A DNA stretch of 64,000 nt, taken from the NCBI GenBank assembly GCA_963837035.1, contig CAWIMH010000035.1, positions 341,770-405,769 of the forward strand. Direction: 5' to 3'. The notes under the pieces were generated by a model. That model saw only the letters and a program-made list of their open reading frames with translations. It did no database searches and had not been told where the DNA came from. Below are positions 29,466 to 41,306 of the stretch, one piece after another. A program made the translations under genes and the position numbers. Position 1 is the first letter of the stretch, and each line of letters opens with the position of its first letter. The DNA comes from an uncultured Pseudomonadota bacterium (lineage in GTDB: Bacteria; Desulfobacterota; Binatia; Binatales; Binataceae).

Positions 29466-29727
29466 CACAACGAAAGGCAAAACTAATAACTATCACTGTT
29501 GTCAACTCACGAAGTAAATTGCAATTAAGCTTGGCTCGTCCGCGCGAGGCTTACGCACTGTGATGTAATCTTCGCGCTCCGCGTCCGGCCGCAAGCTGGC
29601 GATTTTCAGCGAGCAGGAACGCTGGCGCAGTGCCGAGGCGGCATCGAAGGTGATCGTTATGCCACAGTTGAGCCACAGTCGGAGTTGAGAGATCTGAAGC
29701 GAAGGAGCGAAAAACCTCTGATTTTAT

Positions 29728-29788
29728 TGGTGCCGAGGGCGGGACTTGAACCCGCATGTCCTTTCGGACGGTGGATTTTGAGTCCACC
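29728..29788 (-). other. 61-nt 3' fragment of tRNA-Leu(CAA), from the anticodon stem to CCA; displaced att-site copy
   Basis: It is nearly identical to the 3' part of the intact tRNA at 43525-43611 across the anticodon arm, T-arm and acceptor 3' strand. It differs in the variable arm. The 5' half (D-arm and acceptor 5' strand) is absent. Confidence 0.7.
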
Positions 29789-30000
29789 GAAAACCGAGGA
29801 CAGCTACAACCAGTTACATAAATCCGTTACGAAATCAGCCTTTTCCGCTACGGCCTATGTCATGGTTTGTATCCCTTTGTCGCTGGCACCTGCACAGAAC
29901 CTGTACATCAACATAATTTTTGGCCTGCGTAAGGAAACACAGTCACCACAATCACCACAGTCACCAATCCGGCGTCGCGCTCTTTTGGCTCGCTTCTTGC

Positions 30001-31236
30001 TTACAATGGTCTTTGGATTGGATATAGAATCCACTGCGCGCAAAAAAAGCCTTGAGTTGCAAGGCTTTTTCGGCTTCTGTGCGGGAATTGTGCGGCCGGA
30101 CGAACGGGGCCGGAAGCGACGATGAGCTTTGGGACCGCTTTTGCGACGTGGTGATTGTGGGCTTGAGTTTGGTGATTGTGCGGTTGGTCGGCCGGGTCTC
30201 TGAGATAGGCGTCGCGTCGCGCGGCTGCAGCGAGAAGGTCGGCTTCGCTCACGATGTTGTACCCATCGAACACGCTGCGCGTTTTGTGCCCAGAGAAGGA
30301 CATGGCCACGCGCTCAGGGACGCCGGCGCGCGTCAGGTTGCGGATCGCGGTGCGACGAAAGTCGTGAACGAGTAGCTTGCCGAGCCCCGCGTTGCCGCAG
30401 GCTGTGTCCCAGGATCCCTGAAGTCTTTGATTGGTTTGCCGCTGACGTTGAAGACAAAGGGGCAATCGAGACGTCGGTTGGCCTGGGCGCGCTCAATCAG
30501 TTCGGCGAGTTCACCTGTCAGCGGCAGTATGCGGCCGTCCTTGGTCTTGCTCACCTCGGGCCGAAGCCGTATGACACCGCCAGCGAGGTCGACATCGCAC
30601 CATTCCAGGCTCTTTGCTTCGCCCACGCGCCAACCTGACAAAGTACAAAAACGCGATGGGGTCGCGCAGGTGCTCGGGTAGCGCCTCGCGCAGAGCAACG
30701 AAGTCAGCATGCTCGAGAAATCCTTGCCTCACGTTGCTCTCTTCTAACATCTGGATATGCGGCGCCCGCGACAGGCGCTCGCCATCGATGGCTATCTGAA
30801 ACATCCGCTTCAGCGCGGCGAGTTCGCGATTGATCGTGGCATTCGCGGCCCCTTTCCCCCTCGCGTCTTTCTTCTGGCGTTGGGCTATGTACGCGACGAC
30901 CCGGTCTGTTGTTATATCGACGGCGCGATCGAGGCCGAAGAACCTGCTGAGTTGCTTGATGCTGGCGTTGGCTCGCCGCAGCGATCGCAAGCCATTGACT
31001 AGATAATCGTTCCGGAAGCCATCGGCGAGGTCCTCGAATTTCAGCCGCTCTTCAACGGGCCCAGGAACTTGGCGCCGCGGCTACCGGTCTCGCGCGTTCG
31101 CTTGGTGAGCAGCTCGGCGCGCGACGGTTTCGGACTCGCTCTCGGAGGATTCGCGGAACTCGCGCCCGCGGTGGGAATAGCGAATCCAGTAGATCGTACC
31201 GCGCAGATAAACGGCGCCTGAACCGCGCTTACTCAT
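30001..31236 (-). pseudogene. tyrosine recombinase/phage integrase with at least 4 frameshifts
   Basis: Three frames carry the parts. The N-terminus is MSKRGSGAVYLRGTIYWIRYSHRGREF. The core-binding domain is in ORF 30511-30990. The catalytic domain is in ORFs 30333-30710 and 30001-30465, including the [14 protein letters not shown] tyrosine region. The real stop is probably near 30180, and the downstream ORF extension is read-through. Confidence 0.65.
30042..30071. terminator. bidirectional rho-independent terminator-like hairpin (A-run, AGCCTTG stem, TTTTT run)
   Basis: caaaaaaaGCCTTGagttgCAAGGCttttt: a 7-bp stem flanked by an A-tract and a T-tract. It lies between the tRNA fragment and the integrase gene. 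Confidence 0.45.
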
Positions 31237-31751
31237 TGTATCTTCCTTTTGCGGAGGGACTGCTTAAATAGGCCGAACTCGAGACGTTCGAGATCCGGAT
31301 TTATTGGCTGCGATACCGCGCCGGCGGGCATCGTCTACGATTTGTTTTGAGTTCCCTGCCACCAATAGGGGGAATCCGAAAGCGCCTGGGCCTTTCGTCG
31401 TTTCGATACTGGCCGCTTCTTCGTAACCGTCAGGTGTCAGATGTATCTCGGCGTCGTTTGTGTCGACGTCCCGCGGCGAGAACACCAGCGCCAGGTCACG
31501 TTTGTGGAGGCGATGGGGCTGCCCTCGAAACGATAGAGATTGATGTTCGCGTAGCGTGCGGTCGTGCTCTTGAAATACCAAGTCGAGTGGCCGGCCAGGC
31601 TGCGGGCCGAGGCAGGCCAAAGAACTCGGCTTTCACCTGCCAATAGAATAGAGGGTAGGGCTGAGAGTCGAGCGCGGCGCGCAGCATCCACTCTTGCAAA
31701 GTCGACATTTTGCCCCCCACTCGTCGATTATAAACATATGACCGCATCATT

Positions 31752-31964
31752 GTGCAACACTTCTGCACTATGATGCACGCACAGGATGCGCGGGATGAAA
31801 CGCGTTTATCAACGGACGCGGTTTTGCGCCGTATTCGTAGGCATAGGTCGACGCTGTCGCGCTGGGTCCAGGACGGCCGCTTTCCGCGCCCGATCCGCTA
31901 CGGGGGCCGTCTGGTTTGGCGAGCCGCGGACGTTCAAGCCTGGCTCGAGAAGAGGCCGGTGTGA
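31752..31964 (+). CDS. AlpA-family phage transcriptional regulator / excisionase-like DNA-binding protein
   Basis: DAVLRRIRRHRSTLSRWVQDGRFPRPIRYGGRLVWRAADVQAWLEKRP is the AlpA (prophage CP4-57 regulatory) signature. It is divergent from the integrase. Confidence 0.65.
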   Translation: MQHFCTMMHAQDARDETRLSTDAVLRRIRRHRSTLSRWVQDGRFPRPIRYGGRLVWRAADVQAWLEKRPV

Positions 31965-32272
31965 TCACGCTCGACGCCATTGTTGCGGGCGCCGATTTGA
32001 CCTCGCTCTCGCGGGACGAGGCCATAGCGCTTCTGCACGCGCTCGCAGCGGCACAAGCACGCGTCGCTGGAGTGCTGGCGGAGTCAACGGGTAAGGGCGC
32101 GGTCGAAGATTGTTCGCTCGGTATCGACGAAGCTGCGCACGTCCTCGGCGAAAGCCGGGATTGGCTCTACAGGCGGACCAAGAGATTGCCTTTCCTGGTC
32201 CGCCTCGACGGGCATCTGCGGTTCAGCGCAGCCGGCATCCAAAAGTTCATCGCAGCACGGACGGGGCGATGA
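31961..32272 (+). CDS. excisionase-family helix-turn-helix DNA-binding protein
   Basis: The C-terminal IDEAAHVLGESRDWLYRRTKRLPFLVRLDGHLRFSAAGIQKFI matches the excisionase-family DNA-binding domain. A GTG start overlaps the AlpA stop, so the start is uncertain. Confidence 0.4.
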   Translation: MITLDAIVAGADLTSLSRDEAIALLHALAAAQARVAGVLAESTGKGAVEDCSLGIDEAAHVLGESRDWLYRRTKRLPFLVRLDGHLRFSAAGIQKFIAARTGR

Positions 32273-32276
32273 CAGA

Positions 32277-33604
32277 GTGGTGAGACTACGGCCCGTGCCG
32301 CGCAAACGGACGATCGCTGCGGCGAAGGGCACTCTTCCACAGATGGTCGATCGCGCCGAGCTCGTCCTTGCCGAGGAATACGAACGTTGGCGCATATTTC
32401 AGTCCAACGATCTGCTGTTTCGCGTGACCACCCTCACCAAAGACGAAGTCGAAGGAGATACGTGGATTCGCCGCCAGCCTGGCTCGGTGGTCGTGTGGCC
32501 ACTAACGCCCGTCATGCTCGACGACGTCCTGTCGCAGGCTATCAATCTGGATCGACAAGAAGATTCGCGACATTGATGTTCCTTCTACGCGTATCGGAGA
32601 TCTTGCTCTCGCGCGCAGGCCTATGGCCGCATCTGCCGCACTTGCGCGGGGTCATCACAGCGCCAACCATGCGACCCAACGGGACCATTTTTTCGACCCC
32701 GGGTTTCGACGACAAACGGGGTTGTTCTTGGTCGATACTGGAACTGCCTGGCTACCGTTACCCGAGCCCTCGCACGAAGCAGCAAAAATCGCGCTCGCGA
32801 CGCTCTACAAGCCGTTCGCCGAATTCCGTTCACGAATCTGGCCGGCGCTAGCGTGCCGATCAGCGCCATTTTAACCGGATTGCAGCGCCGGCAGCTGCCG
32901 ACCGCGCCGGCGCACGCGTTCGACGGTTCTACACAAGGGGCTGGGAAGTCACTACAGGCAAAAGTCATTGGGATAGTCCTTACCGGAACTGAGCCGCCAT
33001 CAATGACCACAGGAAAAGATGACGTGGAGTTTCAAAAGAAACTGACCGCCACGCTCATAGAGGGCGATCCCGTCCCATTTTTTGACAACGTGACCCGTCG
33101 TATCGATTCGGATGCCTTAGCAACAGTGCTCACACAAGAAACTCACCGCGACCGAATTCTTGGGCTCAGCAAACGAGCCACGGTGTCCACGAATGCACTG
33201 TTTCTGTTCAGCGGGAACGATCTCGAACTGTCAGGGGACAATCCGTCGCGCTTCATCGTGTCCCGTATCGAGCCTGCGTGCGAGCGGCCCGAGGAGCGCG
33301 ACAGCTTCATCCAGATCTCATTCAATATGCACACGACCATCGCGCCGAATTGGTGCGCTCAGCACTGACTATCTTGCGGAGCTACCACCATGCGGGACAG
33401 CCCTCGCAAGGTGTGAAGCCGTTTGGCCGCTTCGAAGAATGGTCCAAGCAAATTCGTGAAGCGTTAATCTGGGCCGGCGCGCCCGATCCCGTTTTGACCC
33501 GCGAAGATGTCATCGAAGTCGACTCGAAGCGGGAGAATGCCGCATTGAACCTGTTTCGTGCCTGGAACCGAGCGGTAGTCGGTCCGATAAAGCTAGGGAA
33601 CTGA
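32277..33604 (+). pseudogene. phage/plasmid primase-helicase (P4-type, Walker A GxxGAGKS) with several frameshifts
   Basis: Fragments in ORFs 32277-32576, 32387-32851, 32623-32874, 32853-33368 and 33278-33604 reconstruct a primase C-terminal/D5-like NTPase. A Walker A motif FDGSTQGAGKS is present. Confidence 0.45.
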
Positions 33605-33960
33605 TCAAGGCCAGCAGTCAATTCCGGCCTGAAGGAAGCTTTGCTTGAGGTGGCTCCCGAGAAGAACGATCCAGACCGCGTTAGTTCGTACCGCCTCGGT
33701 GCCTGGGCTCGAACGCACCGCGGAAAAGTATTGGATAACTACAAATTAGAGCGCAAGAAGGACGAACACGCCGGATTCGCGACCTGGCAGGTAATCAGAA
33801 TCGCAACTGTCACAAAGGAAGGATGAAATGACCGAAGAACTCGAGCAAATCGAACACACTCACGATGTAGGTATCTCGTACAACCCTGAGAGCCGCAAAA
33901 TCAAGGGGATCACAGGGCGCGGAAGAGGCCGTCGACGACACGCTAAGAGCGATCGCGCCG

Positions 33961-34980
33961 ATGCGCGCCGAGCTGATAGCGGCGTTGCGCATCCGGCAAG
34001 GCCTCGGGGCATCTGAGACGGTGACGAAAGAAGTAAGCGCGACCTCAGTGCCGCCTTTGGCGGTTCAGCGCGAAAATTACAAGCGCTGGTACACGGCCAG
34101 AGCACCTACTATCACCAACACCGAACAGCTGGATTTGATGCTCGCACAGGCCCTCGAAGAGGGCGACGAAATCATCCCAGATTTTGCGCATTCCTTCGGC
34201 GTCAAAAAGCCAATGGGACTCTCATCGCCGTCGATCGCAAGGGCCGGGTCATCCCACCAGCGGGTTGAGAAACAGAAGGCCGCCTCGCGCGCCAACGCCA
34301 GCGGCCCGGAAAACAAAGGAGTGGTGATGGACACGCAGACGCTAGTCTCAGACCCGGGAATGTCAAACCGCCGCCGATCCGGCCGTGCCGGGGCCCCTCG
34401 CGCACCAGGTTGGGTGTGGCGCTACCTGGAAATGGACTTCTCAATCCCGCGGTCGGAATGGTCCCGCTGCCTATGTGATTTGACCTGTCCCCGCTGCGGC
34501 CTGCCGTTCGGCAACGCACTCGCGCGCGAATCGGTGCGCGTTCCCCACTCGACGGATTCTCCCTGCCGCTTCCCTTATGCTGGTTGCGGTCTATGCGCGC
34601 TCTGCGCTCTCGACGATCAATTTTCGAAAAACACTGCGCTGATCATCGGCAAGATCGTGCGGGTCGGCCTTCCTTGTGCACACGTCTGGGCGAAAATGGC
34701 GATAGCGACCTACGGGCGCGAGATGTTCGCGGTCCGCGATGACGATCGATACGGAGGAGCCCGCGATTTCTGCGTCTTCCTCAACTACCCATTGCTAGTC
34801 AGCTACGCGACCGACTTCTTGTGGTGCAACCCGTTGCTGATCGGGCTCATCCGGACGGGTCGCGCGACCGTCCGATTGGTAGCCGAAACGCTTCTTTCCA
34901 TCACTCGCCCGATCGTGGACCAGCAGCTCGAGCGCCATGAGTGGCGTGAGAACCGGCGGCGCCGGAGGATCGCTGCGTGA
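33961..34980 (+). CDS. hypothetical Cys-rich protein (island cargo)
   Basis: 339-aa ORF with CxxC pairs (CPRCG, CGLCALC). No family was recognised. Confidence 0.3.
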   Translation: MRAELIAALRIRQGLGASETVTKEVSATSVPPLAVQRENYKRWYTARAPTITNTEQLDLMLAQALEEGDEIIPDFAHSFGVKKPMGLSSPSIARAGSSHQRVEKQKAASRANASGPENKGVVMDTQTLVSDPGMSNRRRSGRAGAPRAPGWVWRYLEMDFSIPRSEWSRCLCDLTCPRCGLPFGNALARESVRVPHSTDSPCRFPYAGCGLCALCALDDQFSKNTALIIGKIVRVGLPCAHVWAKMAIATYGREMFAVRDDDRYGGARDFCVFLNYPLLVSYATDFLWCNPLLIGLIRTGRATVRLVAETLLSITRPIVDQQLERHEWRENRRRRRIAA

Positions 34981-35327
34981 GCCACAGCCGCGCCCGCACC
35001 ATCCGCCGCCTGGCCGCTCGCGAGGCAGCCAAAGCAAAGCAGGTCCGTCAATCGCCGCAGGCGCCGGCGACGCTGTGGCCGGGGAAAATCATAGTGGTCG
35101 CTGTCGGACTATCGTTGACGGTCGCCGCCGGAATCGGCATCCAGGGAGCCGCGGCCGAACCGCTGAAGCCGCATCGGACCTGTGCCATCCGTGTAGGCCC
35201 GTACTGCTGCCCGGGCTGCGACAGAATCATCGCCTCGACACCAGGGGGTACAGAGTTTCGCGAAGAAATCGAAGACGGCGACGGACAGGTCCTGGCGACG
35301 GCTATCAATGCGCTGCCAACAGACTGA
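34977..35327 (+). CDS. small membrane protein, unknown function
   Basis: 116 aa with one TM helix (IIVVAVGLSLTVAAGIGI) and a CCPGC motif. The start overlaps the previous stop (ATGA). Confidence 0.3.
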   Translation: MSHSRARTIRRLAAREAAKAKQVRQSPQAPATLWPGKIIVVAVGLSLTVAAGIGIQGAAAEPLKPHRTCAIRVGPYCCPGCDRIIASTPGGTEFREEIEDGDGQVLATAINALPTD

Positions 35328-35393
35328 CATGGCACGCCTAAAGCAGAAAAAGTATCGAAACGTGATCGAAATCGATTAGAAAATCCGCCGAAA

Positions 35394-37579
35394 TTGACCC
35401 CCGCAGCATCGGCCGCGATCGAGCGGTTCGAGGCGATGGCTGAAAAGCTGCGCCAGGCGGTAGAGAGGTTTTTGAGCAAGTCGACGGGTTGCCGTTTGCG
35501 GTCGCGGATCGGGCGGTCGTCGACCGAAGCTTTCGTCGAATCGCGACCGTCGAAGAAGGCTCGGTGGGCAGACTGGCGCGCGGCCTCGCCGCCTTGCAAA
35601 AGCTCAGAGACGACCTGGTCGCTGCAGATTCAGAGGCTGGAGCAGAGGCGTGGCTGAAATTTTCCTGCTCTCAATTCTGCTCAAGGTCAAGGACACCGCG
35701 CAGGCGGTCAGCGAGATCAATCGCGTCCAGCATGCCGTCGTTTCCATGGAGCGCAAGGCAACCGAGACGTCCGCTTCGTCGCTCGCACTCAGGGGTGCCA
35801 TTTATGCTGGCGCCGCTGGAACCATCGCGGCTTCATTGTATGGATTGGTCGAGCCGGCCATTGAGGCGCAAGCATCCCTGGCGCACGTAGCCACCGCTAT
35901 GAACGATGGTGCTCAACAAGCTCAACACCTCGCGGAAGTCCAGAAGTTCACCGAAGAAACCAGCGCCAAAAGCGTCGTCACCGAAGAAGAACTGGCCTCG
36001 GCCTACTACATCGCGCGAAGCAACAACATCGCCCACGCCGCGGCGCTGCAGGCAGTTCAAGCCGCTACGAATCTGGTCACGGGAACGACGAAGGACGCGG
36101 CCGCGGCACAAGCGGCGCTCGAGCCGACGACGCGAACGCTGACGGTACTTTATTCGAACTTTGGCGGCAGTATCTCGGTCTACGCGGATCAGCTCGCGAA
36201 ACTGCAAAGTGCATATTCCTTTCGCGACATCGGCGAGGTCACCAATGCGCTCTCGTATGCCGCGCCAGTCGCGAAAAATGCCGGGATGCGGTGTCGCAGA
36301 TGGCCACCGCCTTGGCGCTGATTAGTCAGTCGGGAAAATATTGGCCGAGGCAGGAACGAGTTTCGAGGAGTTCGTCACAAAATTAGGTTCCGACCGAAAG
36401 CTGCAAGGCTTCATCGCGCGGACCGCCCAGGGCGGCATCGATCTGCAGCAGACGTTGCTGCGCCTGCGCGCGACGTTCGGGGATATACCCAAAGCCGAGC
36501 TCGGCCTGCGGCTCGGGCAGTTTGGATTCAGCGAGCGCAGCGCGGGCGGCATCGCGGAATTAATGGACAAGATGAACGAGTGGCAGAGCATCCAGAAGGA
36601 CCTGCAGAACTCGTCAGGTGAAGCGGCGCGGCTCGCCGCGCTGCGGATGAGCGCGACCGACGAGCAACTGACCGTACTAAATAACAACTTCAGGAATCTG
36701 CGCGAGTCTCTAGGCGCGGCGCTACTGCCGGCGATACAGGCGATCATCCCGCAGTTCGTGTCCCTGATTCAGCGTGCAACAGAATTTGCCAAGGCTCACC
36801 AGGGGCTGGCGCGCGTCGCTCTCACAATCGCGGCCATCGCGGCCGGCGCGCTTGCCCTGGGCGCGGTGTTGTCGTTTGCGGCCGCCGGCTTCGTGGGACT
36901 CGGGGGTGCCATAAGTGGGCTGTTCTCCGCAATCATGTTCATCTCCCGACTCGGTTTGGTCACACAAGCCTGGGCCGCCGCGCAGTGGCTGGTGAACGCC
37001 GCGATGGCGGCAAATCCAGTTGGCGCGGTGATTGTCGGTATCGCCGCACTGATCGCCATCGGCTACGCGGTGTACGAACATTTCGGCGCGCTCAAGGAAT
37101 TCTTCAAAAGCTGGGGCCCCGCGATCGCCGGCTTTATCGTCGCCCCGTTCGCGATGATCCCGCTCGAGATCATCAAGCATCTCGGCCAGATCAAGGACGC
37201 GGCCAAAAATATAGCGCATGGCATCGCAAGCTATTTCGTGGGCCACAGCCCCATACCCGAAGGTCCCTTGCACGAAATGGACCTCGCCCGCGAGATCTCG
37301 CGTTCGATGGCGCCCAGCCAGATAGTGGCAGCTGCTCGCCGCGCGGCCGCCGCAGTAGCGCTCTCGATGCCACTGCTAATGTCGCCTGGCGCAGCGGTGG
37401 CGTCGGCCACGCCGGCGAGCACCGGGGCACCGGTCGTGAATATCCATCAGGAATTTCATTTGTCTGGCGGGACCCCGGCCGACAAGAAGGCGTTACAGAA
37501 GGCGATCGAAGAGTCAGGCCACGAACTCGTGCGCACAATCAACCGAGAACTCGCCAAGCGCGAGCGGAGGAGCTTCTAG
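35394..37579 (+). pseudogene. phage tail tape measure protein with frameshifts
   Basis: A long Ala/Gln-rich helical protein with an internal hydrophobic block (ALTIAAIAAGALALGAVLSFAAAGFVGLGGAISGLFSAIMFI). It is split across ORFs 35394-35657, 35489-35890, 35650-36321 and 36341-37579. Confidence 0.5.
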
Positions 37580-37582
37580 CAA

Positions 37583-37951
37583 ATGAGTCTTTTTTCTCTC
37601 GATATAGAACGAGCGCCCGACTGGCATTTCATCGGCGCCGAGATCGTCGCCCCGACCGCTGGCCAGGTGATGGTAACCTCCCCAGGTTTGATCATGGCCT
37701 CGTCGATCGGAATCTTGGCCGCCGCGCGCCTGGCGGGAGACGACAGCGTACCCACCTTCGAGCTCGTCCATCGCGATGCCGCTAACAGCGTCGATATCGA
37801 TACCACATACGCTGATGCTGCTACGGCCGCCGCCGGCAGTTGGATGAGGATCTTCCTCATCAAATCGAAGGACCTGATCGTATTGCGCGCGAAGACCGCG
37901 GGGACGGTATTGAAAATTTATCAGGCCGAACTTTTTCTTTGGAGAATCTGA
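37583..37951 (+). CDS. hypothetical phage-region protein
   Basis: 122-aa ORF directly after the tape measure gene. It is possibly a distal tail component (position-based guess). Confidence 0.3.
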   Translation: MSLFSLDIERAPDWHFIGAEIVAPTAGQVMVTSPGLIMASSIGILAAARLAGDDSVPTFELVHRDAANSVDIDTTYADAATAAAGSWMRIFLIKSKDLIVLRAKTAGTVLKIYQAELFLWRI

Positions 37952-38578
37952 TGGACCTTACTCAATTCACGGACATCCTCGACGCCGCGGAACTCGATCC
38001 GCGGCCGCGCTGGACGCAAACCGTCCAAGCCATCCTCGACCGGGAATTTGCCCACGTCCCAGCCGATCTCGCGACGGCGTTCGCCCAATCGCGCCTGGCT
38101 GCCCGCCTCACGCCTTCGCACCGCCCTCGAGCAAGGCCGTATCGCGGATGGCGAGAAATACCTGGGCGACTTCGCGCTCGATCTGCGTCGGCTCGTCCAG
38201 GCTGAGCGCCAGCCCCCGTATGGACGATTGGTCCCGGTCTCGGCTGAGAGCCAACTTGAGAAGTTCAAAGAAGTGCTCTACCGCCATGCCTGGCGTGGGC
38301 CCGACCTCTCTGAGTTGCGCTCGATGATTCCTGACAACACCAAGATCGCCGGCATCACGTTCTGGGCGATCACGCTCGAGGGCGGCCGCACGATCACGCG
38401 CGACCAGGTCCGCCAAAACTCAAAGCCAATCTCGTGGTCGAACAAGCAGGGCTCATGGGAAAGTCAGTTCGTCAGCGACGCCACAATCCGCGAGCTTGAA
38501 ACCGCCGCCACGAGAGTTCCGACCCCTGTCGGAAGCGATTCCAGAAATTTGGACTACCCCAACGGCGTCAGGCCGTAA
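37951..38578 (+). pseudogene. hypothetical phage-region protein, one frameshift
   Basis: ORFs 37840/37951 and 38048-38578 join across a frame change near 38100. Confidence 0.3.
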
Positions 38579-38589
38579 GGACAATTCAC

Positions 38590-39056
38590 ATGCTGAACGA
38601 GGAAGAAAAGGATTCCGCCAACTTGACCGCAGAACAAAAAAGATCTGCACACAGATGCAGGTCAGCGAAAAAGAACTCGCCGCGGCTCGAGCCCGGCGGA
38701 CGGCCAATGGGTACAAGCCGTCCCGGGACCTCTACGAAAACTACAGGAAGACCGCGAGCAGCGCTGCGCACCAACAGGAAGTCAGCGTGCGCGACGAAGA
38801 CGCCGGCGACGGCGACGTCGAGCACAGCTATGGCGACGATTTTTCGAATCCGGATACCGAAGCGTGCTACGAATCCATTGGTAAGGCGATGGATGCCGAG
38901 GATTCCGAGCGCCGGGATTACCATTTGAGAGCGGCCAGGGCCTCTCTCGATCGTCACTTTTCGCGACTCCCGGGTGCCTACACGGAGGTCGGATCGACGT
39001 TCCTTAAGCTGCCATACAGCGGTCGCTCAATTGCGATTTTGAGCTTTCGCCGATGA
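38590..39056 (+). pseudogene. hypothetical acidic phage-region protein, frameshifted
   Basis: MLNEEEKDS... (ORF 38590) continues in the frame of ORF 38496-39056. Confidence 0.25.
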
Positions 39057-39423
39057 AGACCTTCGCCGGGACGCAGCGCATCTTGTCCGTGCGTCCCTTC
39101 CGGCCGGGTCGAGGCTTCCATGCTGCCAAAACCCGGTTTGCGTCCGGCAAGAAGCTCCCAGCCCAAGCCACGAAGAGCCAGGCGAAGGCTGGGAGCAACC
39201 AACTCTGAAGTGACCGCCGAAGAAGAAATCGTGCTTCTCGAAACCATCGCTATCGCGCTCGCGGCCAATGAGATCGGCTTCGACCTGGTCCTCTTCATCA
39301 TCGGCCAGGTGCGCAACCGTATTTGTTCATTGTGCGGGGAGGACCGGGCTCGCTCACCTCGGACCCGCACTACGCCACGAACAGAGGCACGACTTCATCG
39401 ATCTCAATCTGTCGAGGAATTGA

Positions 39424-39807
39424 ATGCTACCGACCACCACAAAACCGGCAAACCGCAAGCAGTATAAGCGCGATATGCAGGTGCGCGCGGCCATCCGCCG
39501 GCTACGCAGCCTCGCCGGTCATCTCGAGGATCGCCGCTACCTACCCTTGCTCAGATCTTTTTGCGAGATCAGCCTCTTGATCGAGAAGTCCTATTCGCAC
39601 TTGCGCGACGAGTCCCTGATCAGCGCCGAGACCGGCGAAATTCGGGGCAGCGTCGACGTGTTGAGAAGGCTCATGGACACCCAACGCGGCCTGGCCCGCG
39701 AGCTCGGCCTTTCCCCGACCATATCGGCGAACCTGTTCCCGAAGCTGACCAAGCCCACCATCGACCTGGAAGCGGTCCGTGCCGAGTACAACGACACGCA
39801 GGAATAA
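39424..39807 (+). CDS. phage terminase small subunit (P27-family-like)
   Basis: 127 aa lying immediately upstream of, and overlapping, the terminase large subunit. LRRLMDTQRGLARELGLSPTISANL resembles P27-family TerS. Confidence 0.5.
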   Translation: MLPTTTKPANRKQYKRDMQVRAAIRRLRSLAGHLEDRRYLPLLRSFCEISLLIEKSYSHLRDESLISAETGEIRGSVDVLRRLMDTQRGLARELGLSPTISANLFPKLTKPTIDLEAVRAEYNDTQE

Positions 39808-41305
39808 CGCGCTCGTCGCTTTCGCCGAGAACGCGCTCGGCGTCAACCTGAACCACCATCAGCGGCGGATGCTCGAGGCCATCATGCGAGCGAGACGCAC
39901 CGCCATCGCGTCCTGCCATGCCACGGGGAAGAGCTTCGTCCTGGCATGTGCCGCCCTCGGCTTTGCCGCCCTTCATCGCGATAGCCGGGTCCTCATCGTC
40001 ACCCCCGGGTGGTTAATGAATCGTGCGGTGATCTGGACCGAGATTCACTCGCTGCTCGCGCGCGCGAAGCACCGCTTGCCCATCGTTTCGTCGACGCAAA
40101 CGGAAATCCGGTTGGGTCCGAAGAATCTCGTCATCGGATTATCGGCGGCGGACGCCGGCCGACTGCAGGGTCATCACAGCGAACATCTTTTGCTGATCGT
40201 CGACGAAACCGCAGCGCTCGACCCGACCTTCTGGCCCGCGATCGAAGGCGTGCTCGCCTCGGGCAATTCCCGCTTGCTCATAGCCGGCAACCCGACCACG
40301 ACCACGGGCGTCTTTTACGATGCCTTCGCCCGCAACCGATCCGCGTGGGAATGCCTGCAAACCGGCGCGTTCGATACCGAAAATTTGGAAGGCGTCACGC
40401 TCGAGCAGTTGCTCGCGATGACCGAGGACGGCTCGACACGAACCCGCGGCCGTACCTGGTGACGCGCCGGTGGGTCCGCGAGCGCTATGCGGAATGGTTC
40501 AACGGGTCACCCGAGAATTCGCCGCTGTGGCAGTCCCGGGTGCTCGGCCAGTTTCCGACGTCGTCGAGCAACGCCCTGGTACCGCTATCGGCTCTCGAGC
40601 ATGCTCGGCGGCCGGCCGAGGACCACGCCGAGCGTATCGTCATCGGCGTCGATCCGGCCGGACCTGGCCGGGACCTCACCGCCTGTGTAGCCATCGCCGG
40701 CGGCGCCATCGTCGAGATAGCGACGTTTTCCGATGCGGATGCACGTGGGCCGGTGGTCGCCTTCATCAACCGCCACCGCGACCGCCTGCGCCTCGTCCAG
40801 GTCGATTCTGGGGGCATCGGCTGGTACTTGGCCGAACACTTGCGGACCCTCGGCATCGGGACCCAGGGACTCAATGCTGCGAGTTCGGCCACGGACAAGG
40901 AGCGCTATACCAACTTGAAGGCCGAGCGATATTTCGCCCTAAGGCAACGCTTCCAGCAAGGCGAAATCTCGGGGCTCGACGACTCGACCCTCGGCGAACT
41001 CGCGAGCATTTCCTACCTCGTTGACCCGCACGGAAAGATCCAGATTCGAAGACAAAGCTTCCGTTCGATCCGCGCTCGGTCATAGTCCTGACAGGTCCGA
41101 GGCCCTCATGCTGGCTGCCGGCGAGTCCTACGAGCCCATCGCGTACCGCGCAGCGCCGGACTTTCGACCGAGCATCTCCGGATGGTCATCGTCACCTCGA
41201 GGCCGCGACCTCTCGCCGTCGGCGATCGAAGCCGGCCAGCCCAAGGTACGGCAACTTGGCGACCTCGCGCGATTCAAAAGCCGGCGAGACTGGCGAGGGT
41301 TCTGA
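39779..41305 (+). pseudogene. phage terminase large subunit (ATPase plus nuclease) with at least 2 frameshifts
   Basis: It has Walker A CHATGKS and Walker B LLIVDETA. The nuclease domain shows IGVDPAGPGRDLTAC. The C-terminal SPDRSEALMLA motif is in a third frame (ORF 41021-41305). Frame changes are near 40440 and 41030. Confidence 0.65.
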
Positions 41306-41306
41306 T

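Noticed and set aside
36722-37785. ORFs 36722-37273 (minus) and 36985-37785 (plus) inside the tape measure gene
   Set aside because: They are Arg/Gly-rich translations of GC-rich DNA in wrong frames. The tape measure reading frame explains the region.
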